From positions 16,822 to 80,821 of the forward strand of contig CAWHWW010000010.1 of assembly GCA_963833135.1 (NCBI GenBank): a stretch of DNA of 64,000 nucleotides, read 5' to 3'. Position numbers and translations under genes: made by a program. Positions 21,682 to 33,801 of this stretch are shown here, piece after piece (positions within the stretch are counted from its first letter, which is position 1; every line of letters starts with the position of its first letter). Origin of the DNA: an uncultured cyanobacterium. Lineage in GTDB: Bacteria > Acidobacteriota > Vicinamibacteria > Vicinamibacterales > UBA2999. The notes below the pieces were generated by a model. It was not told where the DNA came from and did no database searches. It saw only the letters and a list, made by a program, of their open reading frames with translations.

Positions 21682-21795
21682 GGGTTCAAGGGTTCAAGGG
21701 TTCAAGGGTTCAAGGGTTCAAGGGTTGACGACTCGGTGAACCTAAATGAACCGTTGAACTGCTTGAACTCCTTGAACCGTTGAACCGACGAGTTA
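21682..21795. repeat. (GGGTTCAA)x5 + GGGTTGAC tandem array followed by an opposing TGAAC-word arm; ends with TTGAACCGACGAGTTA
   Basis: Read directly: GGGTTCAA at 21682, 21690, 21698, 21706, 21714, then GTGAACCTAAATGAACCGTTGAACTGCTTGAACTCCTTGAACCGTTGAACCGACGAGTTA. The last TTA is the complement of the ADOP copy 2 stop codon (21793). Confidence 0.8.
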
Positions 21796-24244
21796 TTCGG
21801 AGCGCAGCGCTTCCATCACGTCGACGCGCGAGGCGCGCGTAGCGGGCATCAGCGAGGCGACCACGGCGGCGGCGACCAGCACCGCCGCTGCTCCGGCGAG
21901 CGGCGCCACGCCTGGCACCTCGATGTTGCCGAAGAAGCCGCCGGCAAACCGCAGCAACGCCAGTCCTGCGATCACGCCGGTCACGATACCCGCGGCGGCG
22001 ATCACCGCGCCCTCGCCGAGAATCCGCGTCAGCAGGTTCGACGGCGTCGATCCGATCGCGAGCCGCACGCCAAACTCGCGCATGCGCGCGCTCACCGAGA
22101 ACGCCAGCACGCCGGCCACGCCGACGATCGCGATCGTCAACGCGACGAGCGCGAAGCCGCCGAACACCAGCGTGTTCAGGCGATTCGGGGCCAGCACTTC
22201 GGCGCGCACGTCCTCGAGCGTCGCCGCGCGCTCGACGGGCTGCTCCGCGGAAATGTCGCGGATGATCTTCGTGATCGGCGTCACCAGCGTGTAGGGATCG
22301 ACCTTGGCGTGCACGAACAGGCGCCCGCCGCCGAATTCCTGCTCCATCGGGTGATACACCGTCATCTTCGGTCCCGGGACGATGTTCTCGTCGTCCAGGT
22401 CGGCGGTGATGCCGACGATGCGGCGGCCGCCGGTCGAGACGCCGATGAACTTCATCACCGGATCGGTCCACATCAACTTGCGGTTGACCGCGTCCTGGCC
22501 GTTGAACATGCGACGCACGACGCTCTCGCTGACGATCACGACCTTCTCGCTGTCGGCGAGATCGTCGGCGTTGAAGTCGCGGCCGGCGATGATCGGCACG
22601 CCCAGCGACTTGAAGAAGCCCGGCGACACCGTGCGGAAGCTGGCGCGCGGGTCGTCCTCGCCGGCCGACCTTCGCGTATCCCTCCACGGTGAACTGCGCG
22701 TCAAAGGTGAACGCGCCCGCTTCACGCCACGGGACGATGGTGCCGATGGCGACCTGTTCCACGCCGGGCAGCTCGCCGATCTTGCGAATCGCTTCGCGAT
22801 AGAGCGGCAGCGTCTGCTCCGGCGGACGCTCGAAGTTGAGCGGCACGTGCACCGCCAGCACGTTGCTCAGGTTCAGGCCGGTCTTGCGTCTGCTGCAGCG
22901 CGATCAACGTGGTCAGCAATGCGCCGGCGCCGGCCAGCAGCACGAACGACGCGGCAATCTGCGTGACGGCGAACAGGCGCAGGCGGCGATTGGTGCCGGT
23001 CGTGATGCGGACGCTGCCGCTCGACAGCCCCAGGCCGGCCGCCGCATCGGCCGACGGCAGGCGTGGAATGAATGCCAGCAGCACGGACGAAATCAGCGCG
23101 AGGCTCACGCCGACCCACAGCAGCGTGCTGTCGACGGTGAGATCGAGCGCGCGCACAGAGTAGCGGGACGCATAGCGCGCGATGACCGACAGCATCGGCC
23201 GCGCGATCAGGACGCCGAGCAGCGCGCCGGCGCCGCACAGCAGCACGCTCTCGGCGAGCAGCGTTCGCCGCAGCGCCCCTCGACTGGCGCCGAGGGCGGC
23301 GCGAACCGCCAGCTCGCCTTCGCGGCGCACCGATCGCGCGAGGATCAGGTTGGCGACGTTCGAGCACGCGATCACGAAGATCAAGCCGGATGCGGCCAGC
23401 AGCACCAGCAGGATCGTGCGCGCCGGCGAGGTGATCTGATCGCGCAGGCGGACGGCGTTGATGCGGAAGTCATCCTTCACCGGATACGCCTCCTCGATGC
23501 GCGGTCGAGCATGCCGCCATGAATCGCGCGCAGCTCGGCGACCGCCTGTTCGAGCGACGCCTCGGGCGTCAGGCGCCCGAACAACTCGGTCATGCGATGC
23601 ACGCGGCCGTCCTGCATCGTCGCCGACATGTGATGCGAGCTGGTCACGACGTTGGCGATCAGCTGCGTTTCCGCGGGATACGGCACCGACGGCTCGAGCA
23701 CGCCGATGATCGTCGATGCGCGATCGCCCAGCTTGATCTGCTTGCCGAGAATGGTCTCGTCGCTATTCAGTGACTCGGTCCAGAAGCGGTGGGTGAGGAC
23801 CGTCACGCTCGCCGCCTGCGGCGCCGTCGTCGGTGGCATCGACCAGGCGGCCGCGGATCGGCTGCAGTCCCATCACCGGGAAGAACGATCCGCTGACGAC
23901 GCCGGCGCGGACGACGCGCGGTTCGCCGAGACCGACGAGCGTGAACTCGATCGTCGAAAAATCACCGAGCGCGTAATCGACTTGATGCCGGTCTTGAGAT
24001 CGTTGATCTCCGGCACCGAGAAGTTGACGTTCTCGCTGCCGGCGCCGGGTGCGCTCTGCCGGATGTAGACGAGCCGCTCCTCGTCGTCGTTGACGAGCGG
24101 CGTGAGCAGGACGCCCCGGACGACGCTGAAGATCGCGGCGTTGGCGCCGATGCCAAGCGCCAGCGTGACGATGACGGTGATGGCCAGGCCGCGGGCCCGG
24201 GCCAGTGAACGAAGCGCGTAGCGGAAATCGGTCAGCAGTCCCAT
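21793..24244 (-). CDS. ADOP-family duplicated ABC permease, copy 2, frameshifted
   Basis: N-terminus MGLLTDFRYALRSLARARGLAITVIVTLALGIGANAAIFSVVRGVLLTPL. FtsX-type blocks in ORFs 22722..23480 and 21793..22725. Linking pieces 23477..23839 and 23873..24244. Confidence 0.85.
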
Positions 24245-24255
24245 GACTTATCCAT

Positions 24256-25092
24256 TCAACGTTGAAGGGCCAATTCTTTTGCCGGGGCCGGTTGGGAATC
24301 AAGCGCGAAGAACTCGATGAGCTCAGGCGCCAGCACGTCCTGTTTGACCATGTGCGTCTGACCGGCGAGGGTCTGGTGGACGGCGTTCGGAAACGCCTCG
24401 GCCCACGCTTTCATCGAGTTCTGCATGTAGGCCGGGCTCTTGCCGCCCGCCATCACCAGGACCGGCAGCGTCACCATCGACCACTTGCCCGGCGGGAACG
24501 GCTTGCCGTTGTGATGCGGCGCGATGATCTCGAGATCGTTCGGCAGCGTGTGCGCGATCGCCGTGAGCTTCTTCCAGAACGGCAGCAGCGACATCACGAA
24601 CACCGCGATCGCCGGCGTGCCGACGTAGCGCATGAACTTCTTCACCGCGGCGCTGCGATCGCCGGAAGCGACGAAGGCCTTGGTTTCGGCGATGAAGTCG
24701 GGCGGCAGCGGTTCGTGCGTGCCGTCGATCACGTAGGGCGCTTCATACAGCGCGAGGCGGCGAATACCGCGCAGCTGGCGCACGGCCTCGCCGGCGAGTG
24801 CGGCGCCCGACGAGATGCCGAACACCATTGCCGATCCGCCGGCGTGCTGCAGCACCGCATCGAGGTCTTCGATCTCGCGTTGCACGTCGTAGCGGGTGCC
24901 GTTGCCGCTATCGCCGCGGCCGCGGCGATCGTAGTGATACACCGTGAACTGCGACGCCAGCTCTTTCGCGAGGGGCGGCATCGGCCCAAAGCCGCGCGAG
25001 CACATCGCGCCATCGACCAGGATGAGCGCCGGGCCGTCGCCGAACCGATCCACCGCGATTGGAGTGCCGTCCTTCGAGATGACCTTGTCCAC
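24256..25092 (-). CDS. alpha/beta-fold hydrolase
   Basis: GTG 25092 is preceded by AGGAGA. DGTPIAVDRFGDGPALILVDGA, nucleophile elbow VFGISSGAAL, TLAGQTHMV. Frame intact. Confidence 0.75.
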   Translation of the reverse strand: MDKVISKDGTPIAVDRFGDGPALILVDGAMCSRGFGPMPPLAKELASQFTVYHYDRRGRGDSGNGTRYDVQREIEDLDAVLQHAGGSAMVFGISSGAALAGEAVRQLRGIRRLALYEAPYVIDGTHEPLPPDFIAETKAFVASGDRSAAVKKFMRYVGTPAIAVFVMSLLPFWKKLTAIAHTLPNDLEIIAPHHNGKPFPPGKWSMVTLPVLVMAGGKSPAYMQNSMKAWAEAFPNAVHQTLAGQTHMVKQDVLAPELIEFFALDSQPAPAKELALQR

Positions 25093-25167
25093 GGTTGTTC
25101 TCCTGCTTACACGTCGAACGGCCCGCCCTGAAATCGACGCGGCCGTAAACATCTGAATCGAAACCGT

Positions 25168-26916
25168 TTACAGCTGGGCCTGGCTGAAAAGCTCCTGGTG
25201 GGCGCGATCGCGCTCGCGTTCGATTTGCTCGGCAGTGGCGCCCAGCCTCGATAACAAATCCTCGACGAACGCCAGCGCCACCTCGCCTTCACCGGTGAAG
25301 ACGGTATCAGCGCCTGCGCGCTTCAGGTCGGGCAGTTCCCGCAGATACATCGCGCGCGCCAGGACACGAATGCCCGGATTCACATCGCGGGCGGCACGGA
25401 TCACTTCCGTGCTGTTCGCCATGCCCGCCGACGTGAGAATCAGGCTGTCGCGCCGACGCGATGCCGGCTTCGACAAGCGTCTCCGGTCGCGTCGCATCCC
25501 CGTAGACCGCATCACAACCCGCTTCTCTGATCGCGCGGACGGTTTCGATGTTCAACTCGACGACGGTGGGCTCGATGCCGCTTTCCTTGAGCAGGCGGGC
25601 GACTGTCTTTCCGGTCGGTCCGAATCCGATCAGCACCGCCCGATGCTCGTGTCGTGCCGCGCGTGCTTCCGGCGGCGGTGCATCGGTGTCGATCAGACGC
25701 GGTCGATCCATAAGGCCGCGCAGGCGAGGCTGCCGCGCCATCCACTGAACGATCGGGTCGATCGCGCGGAACAGCACGGGATTCACGACGATGGAGAACA
25801 TCGATGTGGCCACCAGCATGTTGGTGGCCTCGGGCGTCAGCAGGCCAAGATCGCGGCCGAGCGTCGCCAGGATGAAAGAGAATTCGCCGATTTGTGCGAG
25901 GGCCACGGCTACCATCACGCTGGTACCGGAACGGCTCGCGCGTCATCCACATGATGAGGAATGCCACGAGGGGATTGGCGACGAGGACAATGGCGATCGA
26001 GCCGGCAAGCAAGCCCGGCGAGTCGAGCAACGACGCCGGATCGAGCAGAATGCCGACCGAGACGAAGAACAGGACCGCGAAGGCGTCGCGCATTGGTAAC
26101 GCGTCCGATGCGGCGCGAAGGCTGTACTCGGACCGACCGACCACCATGCCGGCGAGGAACGCGCCGAGCGCCATCGAGACACCGAAGATCCGCGCTGATC
26201 CCACCGCGATACCGAGCGCGATGACCAGTACCGTGAGCGTGAACAACTCACGCGATCGCGTCAGGGCGACGCGATCGAGCAGGCGCGGGATCACGCGCGC
26301 GCCGACGATCGCGGTGAATGCGACGAGCGCGGTGACCTTCAGCAGCGTGAACGCGATAGCCATCCACAACGGCTGGCCGGTTCCATCGCGTTCGAACACC
26401 GCCGGCAGCAGGACGAGCGCCAGCACCGTCAACACGTCCTGGACCACGAGCCAACCGACCGCAACGTGGCCGGCACGGGTGTGCAGCACGTTGTGATCGG
26501 ACAGGACGCGGACCACGACGACCGTGCTCGCCACCGACAGCGCGATACCGAAGACGAGTGCGGCGTCGATCGTCCAGCCGAGCGAGATCACCAGCCAGGC
26601 GCCGAGCAGCGTCGCGATCAGGCTCTGACCGATCGCGCCGGGTATAGCCACGCGCGCGCACCGCCAGCAACTCTTCGATGTGAAACTGCAGGCCGACGCC
26701 GAACATCAGCAGGATGACGCCGATCTCGGCGAGCTGCTCGGCCATCGCCGAGTCGACGGCCAGCCCAGGGGTGTTCGGGCCGAGGAGCGTGCCGGCGAGC
26801 AGGTAGCCGACGATCGGCGACAAGCCCAGCCGCTGCGTGATGTAGCCGAGGACAAGCGCGCCCGCGAATCCGCCAGTGAGCGTCAGGATCAGGTCATATT
26901 CGTGCACTGTGGGCAC
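25168..26916 (-). CDS. CPA2 monovalent cation:proton antiporter with C-terminal RCK/TrkA-N domain (Kef-type), frameshifted
   Basis: GLSPIVGYLLAGTLLGPNTPGL, AEIGVILLMFGVGLQFHIEEL, GAFLAGMVVGRSEY, then Rossmann AVLIGFGPTGKTVARLLKESGIEPTVVELN. Pieces lie in ORFs 26248.., 25512.., 25307.., 25168... Confidence 0.85.
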
Positions 26917-26965
26917 TAGTCTGACAGATCCACCACTGGCCTCCGGGACTGACTGGCGCTAGAGT

Positions 26966-29129
26966 GTGCGGCGAGAGGTTTCCATGAAGCTCGTGGCTGC
27001 CGTCGTCGCCGCCTGTGTCGCCCTCACCCTTCCATCCTCGTCGCTGGTTGCGCAGTCGCAGCGCGCGCTGACGATCGAGGATTACTACAGGATCAAGACG
27101 GTCGGCGATCCGCAGATCTCTCCGGACGGCAAGTGGGTTGCCTTCACGCTGACCACGCGCGTGGAAGAGGACAACACCAACGCGATCGAGACGTTCGTGG
27201 TGCCCGCGGATGGATCGGCGGCGCCTCGACGCATCACGCATGAAGGCAAGAGCGTCGCGTCGCCGCGATGGACCGACGACAACCTGCTGCAGTATTCGCT
27301 CAATGCGAAGGTGAACAGCGACGTGTTCCTCGGCGGACCGCCTCCACAGCCCGCGCATTCGCATGGACGCCGCGCTGTTCAAGGTCGCCGTCGATGACTC
27401 CGAATGCGACGCCGGTAGTCGGCGACGGCGTCGCCCGCAGGAGCGCTTAGCGCCGATGGCAAGTGGCGCGCGCAGGCGCGCGAGCTGCCGCGCACGCCGG
27501 CTGCCGAAGTCACGGGCACCGACTTCGAGAAGCGGCATGCATCGCGATTCAAGGGCCGCACCTTCGACTGGATGCGATTCCAGTCCGACGGTCAGGACTA
27601 TCCGACGCCGGATCCGCGCACGCGCCCTGCCGCGGAGATCGCGATCACGGCGGTGGATGGCGGTCAGCCGAAGACCATCACGACCCTCGGCATGCGCGCC
27701 GCCAATGTCGCGTGGCATCCGGATGGTGCGACGATCGCGTTCACGGCCGACGACATGTGGAAGAACGAACAGGCGTACGAGCAGCCAGACATCTACACCG
27801 TGACCACGAGTGGCGACGTGAAGCGCCTGACGAACGACGGTTACGTGTGGGGTTCGCTCTCGTATTCGCCGGACGGACAGTTCCTGCTGTCGGAGCGGAC
27901 CTTCGGCACCGCGATGATCATCGAGAAGAAGCTGTCGCATGGCGGCTCGGATGATCTGATCGCGTGGCCGGCCTCGGGCGGCGCGCCGATCAATCTCACC
28001 GCGTCGTGGGATCTGGAGCCGAACGCGCCGCGCTGGTCCGCCGATTCGAAGCACGTGTATTTCACCGCCGAGAAGGGCGGCACGACTCACGTGTTCCGCG
28101 TCGCGGCACGCGCCGGCGCGCCCGTCGAGCAGATCACGAAAGGCGAACGCCGGGTCAACAACGTCACCTTCGACAAGGCCATGACGCGCATCGCCTACAG
28201 CGTCGGCACCTATGAGAGTCCGTCCGACATCTGGACCGCGAACATCGACGGCAGCGGCGAAAAACGTCTCACCGACCTCTTCGCCGAGATCCGCGCCGAG
28301 ATCGGCATCACGAAGACCGAGCGCATCACGTGGAAGAGCAACGACGGCACCGAGATCGAGGGCTGGCTCACGCAGCCGTACGGATTCAGCAAGACCGGGG
28401 GATCCGTATCCTCTCGTCGTCTTCAATCACGGCGGCCCGCATTCAGCGGTCGGCTACGGCTTCAACTTCAAGCAGCAGTACTTCGCCGCGAACGGCTACT
28501 TCGTGCTCGACACGAACTTCCGCAGCTCGACCGGCTACGGCGATGCGTTCAAGTGGGCGACGTGGGGCGCGTGGGGCACGAAGGACGGCCAGGACGTCGT
28601 CTCCGGCATCGACTACGTGATCGCGCACCACCCGATCGATCGGGCGCGCGTCGCGACGATGGGACATTCCTACGGCGGGTTCATGACCAACTGGCTGATC
28701 ACGCAGTATCCCGATCGCTTCGCGGCCGCGGCATCGGGCGCCGGCATTTCAAACTGGTTCAGCGATTACGGCACCGCCGACATCTATCGCACGAAGGAAA
28801 TGGAATTCTTCGGCGCGCCGTGGCAGGAGGAGGGCATCAGGCGGATGATCCTGCAGTCGCCGCTGATGCAGGCCGGGCACGTGCGCACGCCGACCCTCTT
28901 CATCAACGGCGAGATGGATCAGCGCGTGCCGTACGAAGAGGGCGAGCAGATGTTCTTCGCGCTGCGGCGCCAGGGCGTGCCGGCGAAGATGATTCAGTAT
29001 GCGGGGCAGCCGCACGGCATCAGCGGGCACTGGAACAACGTGCACCGCATGCTGAACGAGCTGAAGTGGATCGATACCTACGCGAAGAGGGGACGCGGCA
29101 CGACGACGTCCGCGTCCCGTCAGGACTAA
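26966..29129 (+). CDS. S9-family serine peptidase (beta-propeller + prolyl oligopeptidase/DPP-type catalytic domain), frameshifted
   Basis: Signal peptide MKLVAAVVAACVALTLPSSSLVA. Propeller part in ORF 27572... Catalytic domain MGHSYGGFMTNWLI, TPTLFINGEMDQRVPYEEG, GQPHGI in ORF 28212..29129. Confidence 0.85.
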
Positions 29130-29142
29130 GCTGAAGCTGTGC

Positions 29143-29688
29143 TTAATCTGTGGACACTCGGCGGCTGATGCGATCGATCTGATTGAGGTGCATCAGATCG
29201 TGGCCGGCGTAGAGACGCACGAGGTATCCGGCGCTCTCTTCGCCGCGCTCGGCGTGCACGCCGACACGCTCGAGATCCTCGCGCGTGGCGCGCTCGATCA
29301 AGCGCAGGTTGTCGCGTCGCAGCACCGCGAACACCTCGAGTGACTCATTCGGATCCGCGTTCGCGTAATCGAGCCGGTCGGCCCAGAGATCCTGATCGAA
29401 GCCGGTGATGACCGGCCGATCCTGCGCGAGGATCAGCCGCATCCGCCATCCCCACACCACGTCGGTATCCGCCAGGTGACGCAGGACCATGGCGACCGAC
29501 CATTTCCCCGGTGCTTCCGGCGTGCGTAGTTTTTCCGGCGTGAGTGTGGCAACGGCGCGTGCGGCGGCCCCCGGCGTCTCGCGAAGCACGTCCAGTGCGG
29601 GGCGTTCGCCAACCAGCCCCAAAACTGCCGTCGCATACTGAGCGCGAAGCTCCGGAGAATCCTTGGAAGTATTGGAAAAAACAGACAT
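29143..29688 (-). CDS. DinB-family (four-helix-bundle metal-binding) protein
   Basis: ATG 29688 (MSVFSNTSKDSPELRAQY...). WSVAMVLRHLADTDVVWGWRMRL and YAGHDLMHLNQI (His triad pattern). Frame intact, 181 aa. Confidence 0.7.
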   Translation of the reverse strand: MSVFSNTSKDSPELRAQYATAVLGLVGERPALDVLRETPGAAARAVATLTPEKLRTPEAPGKWSVAMVLRHLADTDVVWGWRMRLILAQDRPVITGFDQDLWADRLDYANADPNESLEVFAVLRRDNLRLIERATREDLERVGVHAERGEESAGYLVRLYAGHDLMHLNQIDRISRRVSTD

Positions 29689-29706
29689 ATCAACCCTTCT
29701 TTGGCA

Positions 29707-29741
29707 CCTTACGCACCCTACGCACTGTACGCACCCTAACC
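29707..29741. repeat. One-armed tandem TACGCACC-type words
   Basis: Read directly: CCTTACGCACCCTACGCACTGTACGCACCCTAACC, in the divergent spacer between 29688 (-) and 29770 (+). Confidence 0.6.
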
Positions 29742-29769
29742 ACCCGTGCCCCGTGACGTCTAAAGGGGG

Positions 29770-32206
29770 ATGATGACGCAGACGATCGTACAGGATCTCC
29801 GCATCGGCATCCGCAGCCTGCTGCGCGTGCCGCTGCTGACGCTGACAATCGTCGCGACGGTCGGCGTCGGCATTGGCGCCACCGCGGCGATCTTCAGCGC
29901 GATCGATGCCGCGATGCTGCGGCCGCTGCCGTACGCGCATCCCGATCGGCTGGTGCGCATCTACACCGACACGCCGCCGTTCAAGTTCCGATTCTCGGCT
30001 GCGGATTACCTGGCGTTCACGGAGCAGCAGACCCGCTTCGAGCGGCACGCGACCTACACCGATCGTTCGGTGAGCTTCAGCAACGGCGAGGTTGCGGAGC
30101 TGCTGCGCACGCGCGTGGTGTCGTGGGCAGTTCTTTTCGGTGCTCGGCGATCAGCCCCGTGCAGGGCCGCGATTTCAACGAGAGCGGACGGACGCGTTGG
30201 CGCGCCTGTCGTCGCGCTGGCCAGTCAGCGTTCTGGCAACAGCGTCTTGGCGGCCGCGCCGACGCCATCGGCAAGCCTGTTCGCCTCGACGGCAACGACG
30301 TGCACGATCGTCGGCGTGATGCCGCCGGCCGCGGGTCCGCTCGAGCGCCGGCAGGATCTGTTCCTGATTCAGCAGTTCACGCCGCCGACGCGCAAGGGCC
30401 CGTTCTTCTATTCGGTCGTCGCGCGGCTGCCGGAAGGCGCCGATCGCGGGCTCGCCGCCGGCGAGCTGCGCGCGCATCAATCGCGCCCTGTTCCCGATCT
30501 GGAAGTCGTCCTACCAGGACGAAAAGTCCACGTGGAGCATGGAGGATCTCAAGACGAACCTCGTCGGCGACGTGCGCGCGATCGCCGGCCTTTCGCTCGC
30601 GCGCCGTCGCTCTCGTCTGGCTGATCGCCTGCGCGAATGCGTCGAACCTGCTGATCGCGCGCGTCGCCGGCCGGCGCCAGGAGCTGGCGGTACGAGCGGC
30701 GCTCGGCGCGTCGCGCGGGCGCGTCATTCGCTACCTGCTCGTCGAAAGCGGCCTGCTCGCGGCCGGCGCGGCGATTGTCGCGATCGCCGATCGCGTACGG
30801 CGGCATGCAGCTGCTGCAGACGCTCGGCGCGACCTACTTTCCCGCGCACCGGCGAGATTCAGTTCGATGCCGCAACTGGCTTGGCTGATGCTCGCGCTGG
30901 CGATGTCGAGCGCGTTGCTGTTCGGACTCGTTCCGGCATTGCACGTCACCGGCGGCAGCGTCGACGAATCGTTGCGATCAAGTCGATCGTCGACGGCCGG
31001 CGTCGGTGTCCGCCGCCTGCGACGGGGACTCGTGGCGCACAGTTCGCGATCGCCACGCCGCTGCTCGTCGTCGCGGGGCTGCTGCTGTCGAGTCTCAATG
31101 CACCTGAAGCAGCGTGGATCTGGGTGTCGACGGCGATCGGATCCTGACCGGATCGATTCGATTGCCGGGCGCGCAGTATCGCGAGCAGCCGCGCATCGAC
31201 GCATTCTGGGATGAGCTCGAAGCGGCGTGTCGAAGCGCAACCCGGCGTCGACCGGTGTCGCGTTCGCCGACGGCCGTGCCGCCGAACCACGGCCGGACAG
31301 CACAACAACTTCGATCTCGAACAGTCTCCGGCCGGCGCCGACGAGTCGCAGCCGGTGACGCCGTGGGTCGGCGATCTCGCCCGACTACGTGCACGCGCTC
31401 GGGATGCGGCTGATCGAAGGCCGGCTGCTCGATCAGCGTGACATGCGCGAGCTCCGCGAGAATCTGCTCGTCGGTCATCGTCGATCGCGCGTGGGCGCGG
31501 CGGTTCTTCCCGAACGAGACGGCGGTCGGCAAGCGGTTGAAGTCCGGCGGCTGCAGCGACCTGCCCGTGGACAACCGTGGTCGGGGTCGTCAGCGACGTG
31601 AACTACGACGGGCTCGATCAGCCGGATCAGGGCACGGTCTATTTCGCGATCTCGCGGTCAGCACCTTCCGTTATCTTGTCGTGCGCACGAAAGGTGATCC
31701 CACCCAGGAGTCGCGCCGACGGTGCGCGCAGATCGTGCGCGAGCTCGAGCCGGGCGCGCCGCTGTCGGAACGTGGCGACCGTCGATCAACTGATCGATCA
31801 GTCGCTGGTGCGACCGCAGTCGATATCGGTGCTGGTCGCGAGCTTTGCCGGTGTCGCCCTGTTGCTGTCGATCATCGGCATCTACGGCGTGATGGGCTAC
31901 TACGTCCAGCAGCACCTCAAGGAGATCAGCATCCGCATGGCGCTCGGCGGCAGCCGCGGCGATGTGGCGAAGCTGGTGGTCGGGCAGGGAATGACGGTCG
32001 TGATCGGCGGCGTGATCGCCGGAACCGCGCTCGCGTTTGCCGCGACGCGGTTGATGTCGAGCCTGCTGTTCGGCGTCGGCGCCACCGATCCGCTCGCGTT
32101 CACCGGCGTCGCGTCGTTGATGGTGTCGGTCGCGCTGATCGCGTGCGCGGTGCCGGCCTGGCGCGCCATGCGCGTGCAGCCGGCCGTGGTGTTGAGAAAC
32201 GAGTAG
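29770..32206 (+). CDS. ADOP-family duplicated ABC permease, copy 3, frameshifted
   Basis: MMTQTIVQDLRIGIRSLLRVPLLTLTIVATVGVGIGATAAIFSAIDAAMLRPLPY. C-terminal FtsX block SISVLVASFAGVALLLSIIGIYGVMGYYVQQHLKEISIRMALGGSRGDV (ORF 31577..32206). Many frame changes in between. Confidence 0.85.
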
Positions 32207-32217
32207 CTGAAGGCGAC

Positions 32218-33778
32218 CTAAGCTCTCGCCAGTCGTTCTTTCTCGACGAGCACTCGCCGCAGAATCTTGCCCGACGGCGACTTCGGAATCGCGTCGACGA
32301 ACGCAACGTGCTTCACGCACTTGTAGTGCGCGACCTTCGGCTGGAGGAACGCGATGACCTCTTCGGCGGTCAGCGAGTCGCGCTTGACGATGATGGCCTT
32401 CGGCACTTCGCCGCATTGTTCGTCGGCGACGGGAATCACCGCGACGTCGGCAATCTTCGGGTGCTTCAGCAGCAGCGACTCGAGCTCCGCGGGCGCAACC
32501 TGGAAGCCCTTCACCTTGATCAGCTCCTTCAATCGATCGACGACGGTGAGATAGCCGTCGTCGTCGGCGACGCCGATATCGCCGGTGTGAAGCCAGCCGT
32601 CCGCATCGACGGTGCGCGCGGTGGCTTCGGGATTGTTCAAGTAGCCCTTCATCACGTTCGGGCCGCGCACCCAGACTTCGCCCGGCTGCCCGCTCGGCAC
32701 ATCCTTGCCGGTTTCCGGATCTGATGATGCGCATCTCCATGCTGGGCATCAGCCGTCCGGCCGTGCCGGACCGCTCGGTGCCGGCGACGGTGTAGTGCGT
32801 GGCCGGGCTCGCCTCGGTCATGCCGTAGCCCTGCCGGATCTTGACGTTGAGCCGTTTCTCGACGGCGTCGGTCAGCTCGGGTCCGAGCGGCGCGGCTCCC
32901 GAAAACAGATATTTCAAGTGCGGGAACTTGTAGTTGTCGACCGCCGGGTGCTTGCCGAGTCCGACGACCACCGGCGGGACGATGTGAGCGGTCACGATCG
33001 GCCAGTCCTGCAGCACCTTCAGGAACGGCTCGAACTCGAACTTCGGCATCGTGACGATCGTTGAGCCGCGCATCAGCCCATGCATCACGAGGATCACCAT
33101 GCCGTAGATATGAAAGAACGGCAGCACGCCGAGCAGCGCCGGCGTCTGAACGCTTTCGATCGCATCGATCTGATTCAGCTGGGCCACCAGGTTGCGATGG
33201 GTCAGCATCACGCCCTTCGGCAAGCCCGTCGTGCCTGACGAGTACGGCAGCACGCACAAGTCGTTGGCCGGATCGATCGACACCGCCGGCGGATCCTTGT
33301 CGATCGCGAGCGAGGCGAGCGACGGAATGCCCGGCGTCTCGTCGATCGTGAACGAGCTCGATCGGCGTCTGTCGACTCAACGATCGCCGCCTTCGCCTTG
33401 TCGGCCAGCGCGTTGACCGTGAACAGCATCTTCACGTCGCCGTCGTTGAGCTGAAACGCGAGCTCGTCCGGCGTGCTTACCGGATTCGAGGTGTGCACGA
33501 TCGCGCCCGAGCTTGATCGACCGCGAAGAACACGATCGGCCACTCCGGCACGTTCGGCGACCACAGCGACACGACGTCGCCCTTCTTGATGCCGCGGGCG
33601 GCAAGGCCCGCCGCGGTCCGGCGGATGCGTCGAACAGCGCGCCGTAGGTGATCGTGCGTCCCGTCAGGCCGCACGCCATCGCGATCGACCCGGGTTTCGT
33701 CGCCGCGTTGAGGAAAACCTGGTCCGTAAGGGAAATATCGGGGACGGTGATGTCCGGGTAAGGACTGCGATACGCCAT
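32218..33778 (-). CDS. AMP-dependent acyl-CoA synthetase/ligase (4-coumarate-CoA-ligase-like), frameshifted
   Basis: [24 protein letters not shown] (AMP-binding P-loop), [59 protein letters not shown]. Pieces lie in ORFs 33377.., 31658..33283, 32218..32700. Confidence 0.85.
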
Positions 33779-33801
33779 GGCGCGCGAATTATAGTGTAGC
33801 G

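Noticed and set aside
21263-21795. Tandem repeats as a CRISPR array, or GGTTCAA-containing stretch as tRNA T-arm/tRNA gene
   Set aside because: Units are 7-9 nt with no unique spacers, and there is no 25-40-nt repeat/spacer periodicity. No cloverleaf (acceptor stem, anticodon arm) can be drawn. The same applies to the arrays at 8963, 40628 and 54476.
26894-28426. 510-aa ORF on the minus strand
   Set aside because: It is antisense to the S9 peptidase, whose propeller and catalytic motifs are clear on the plus strand. No recognisable motifs.
31658-33283. 541-aa minus-strand ORF treated as one protein
   Set aside because: It is a composite. The N-terminal two thirds are genuine acyl-CoA ligase sequence. 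The remainder is an out-of-frame read-through extending antisense into ADOP copy 3.
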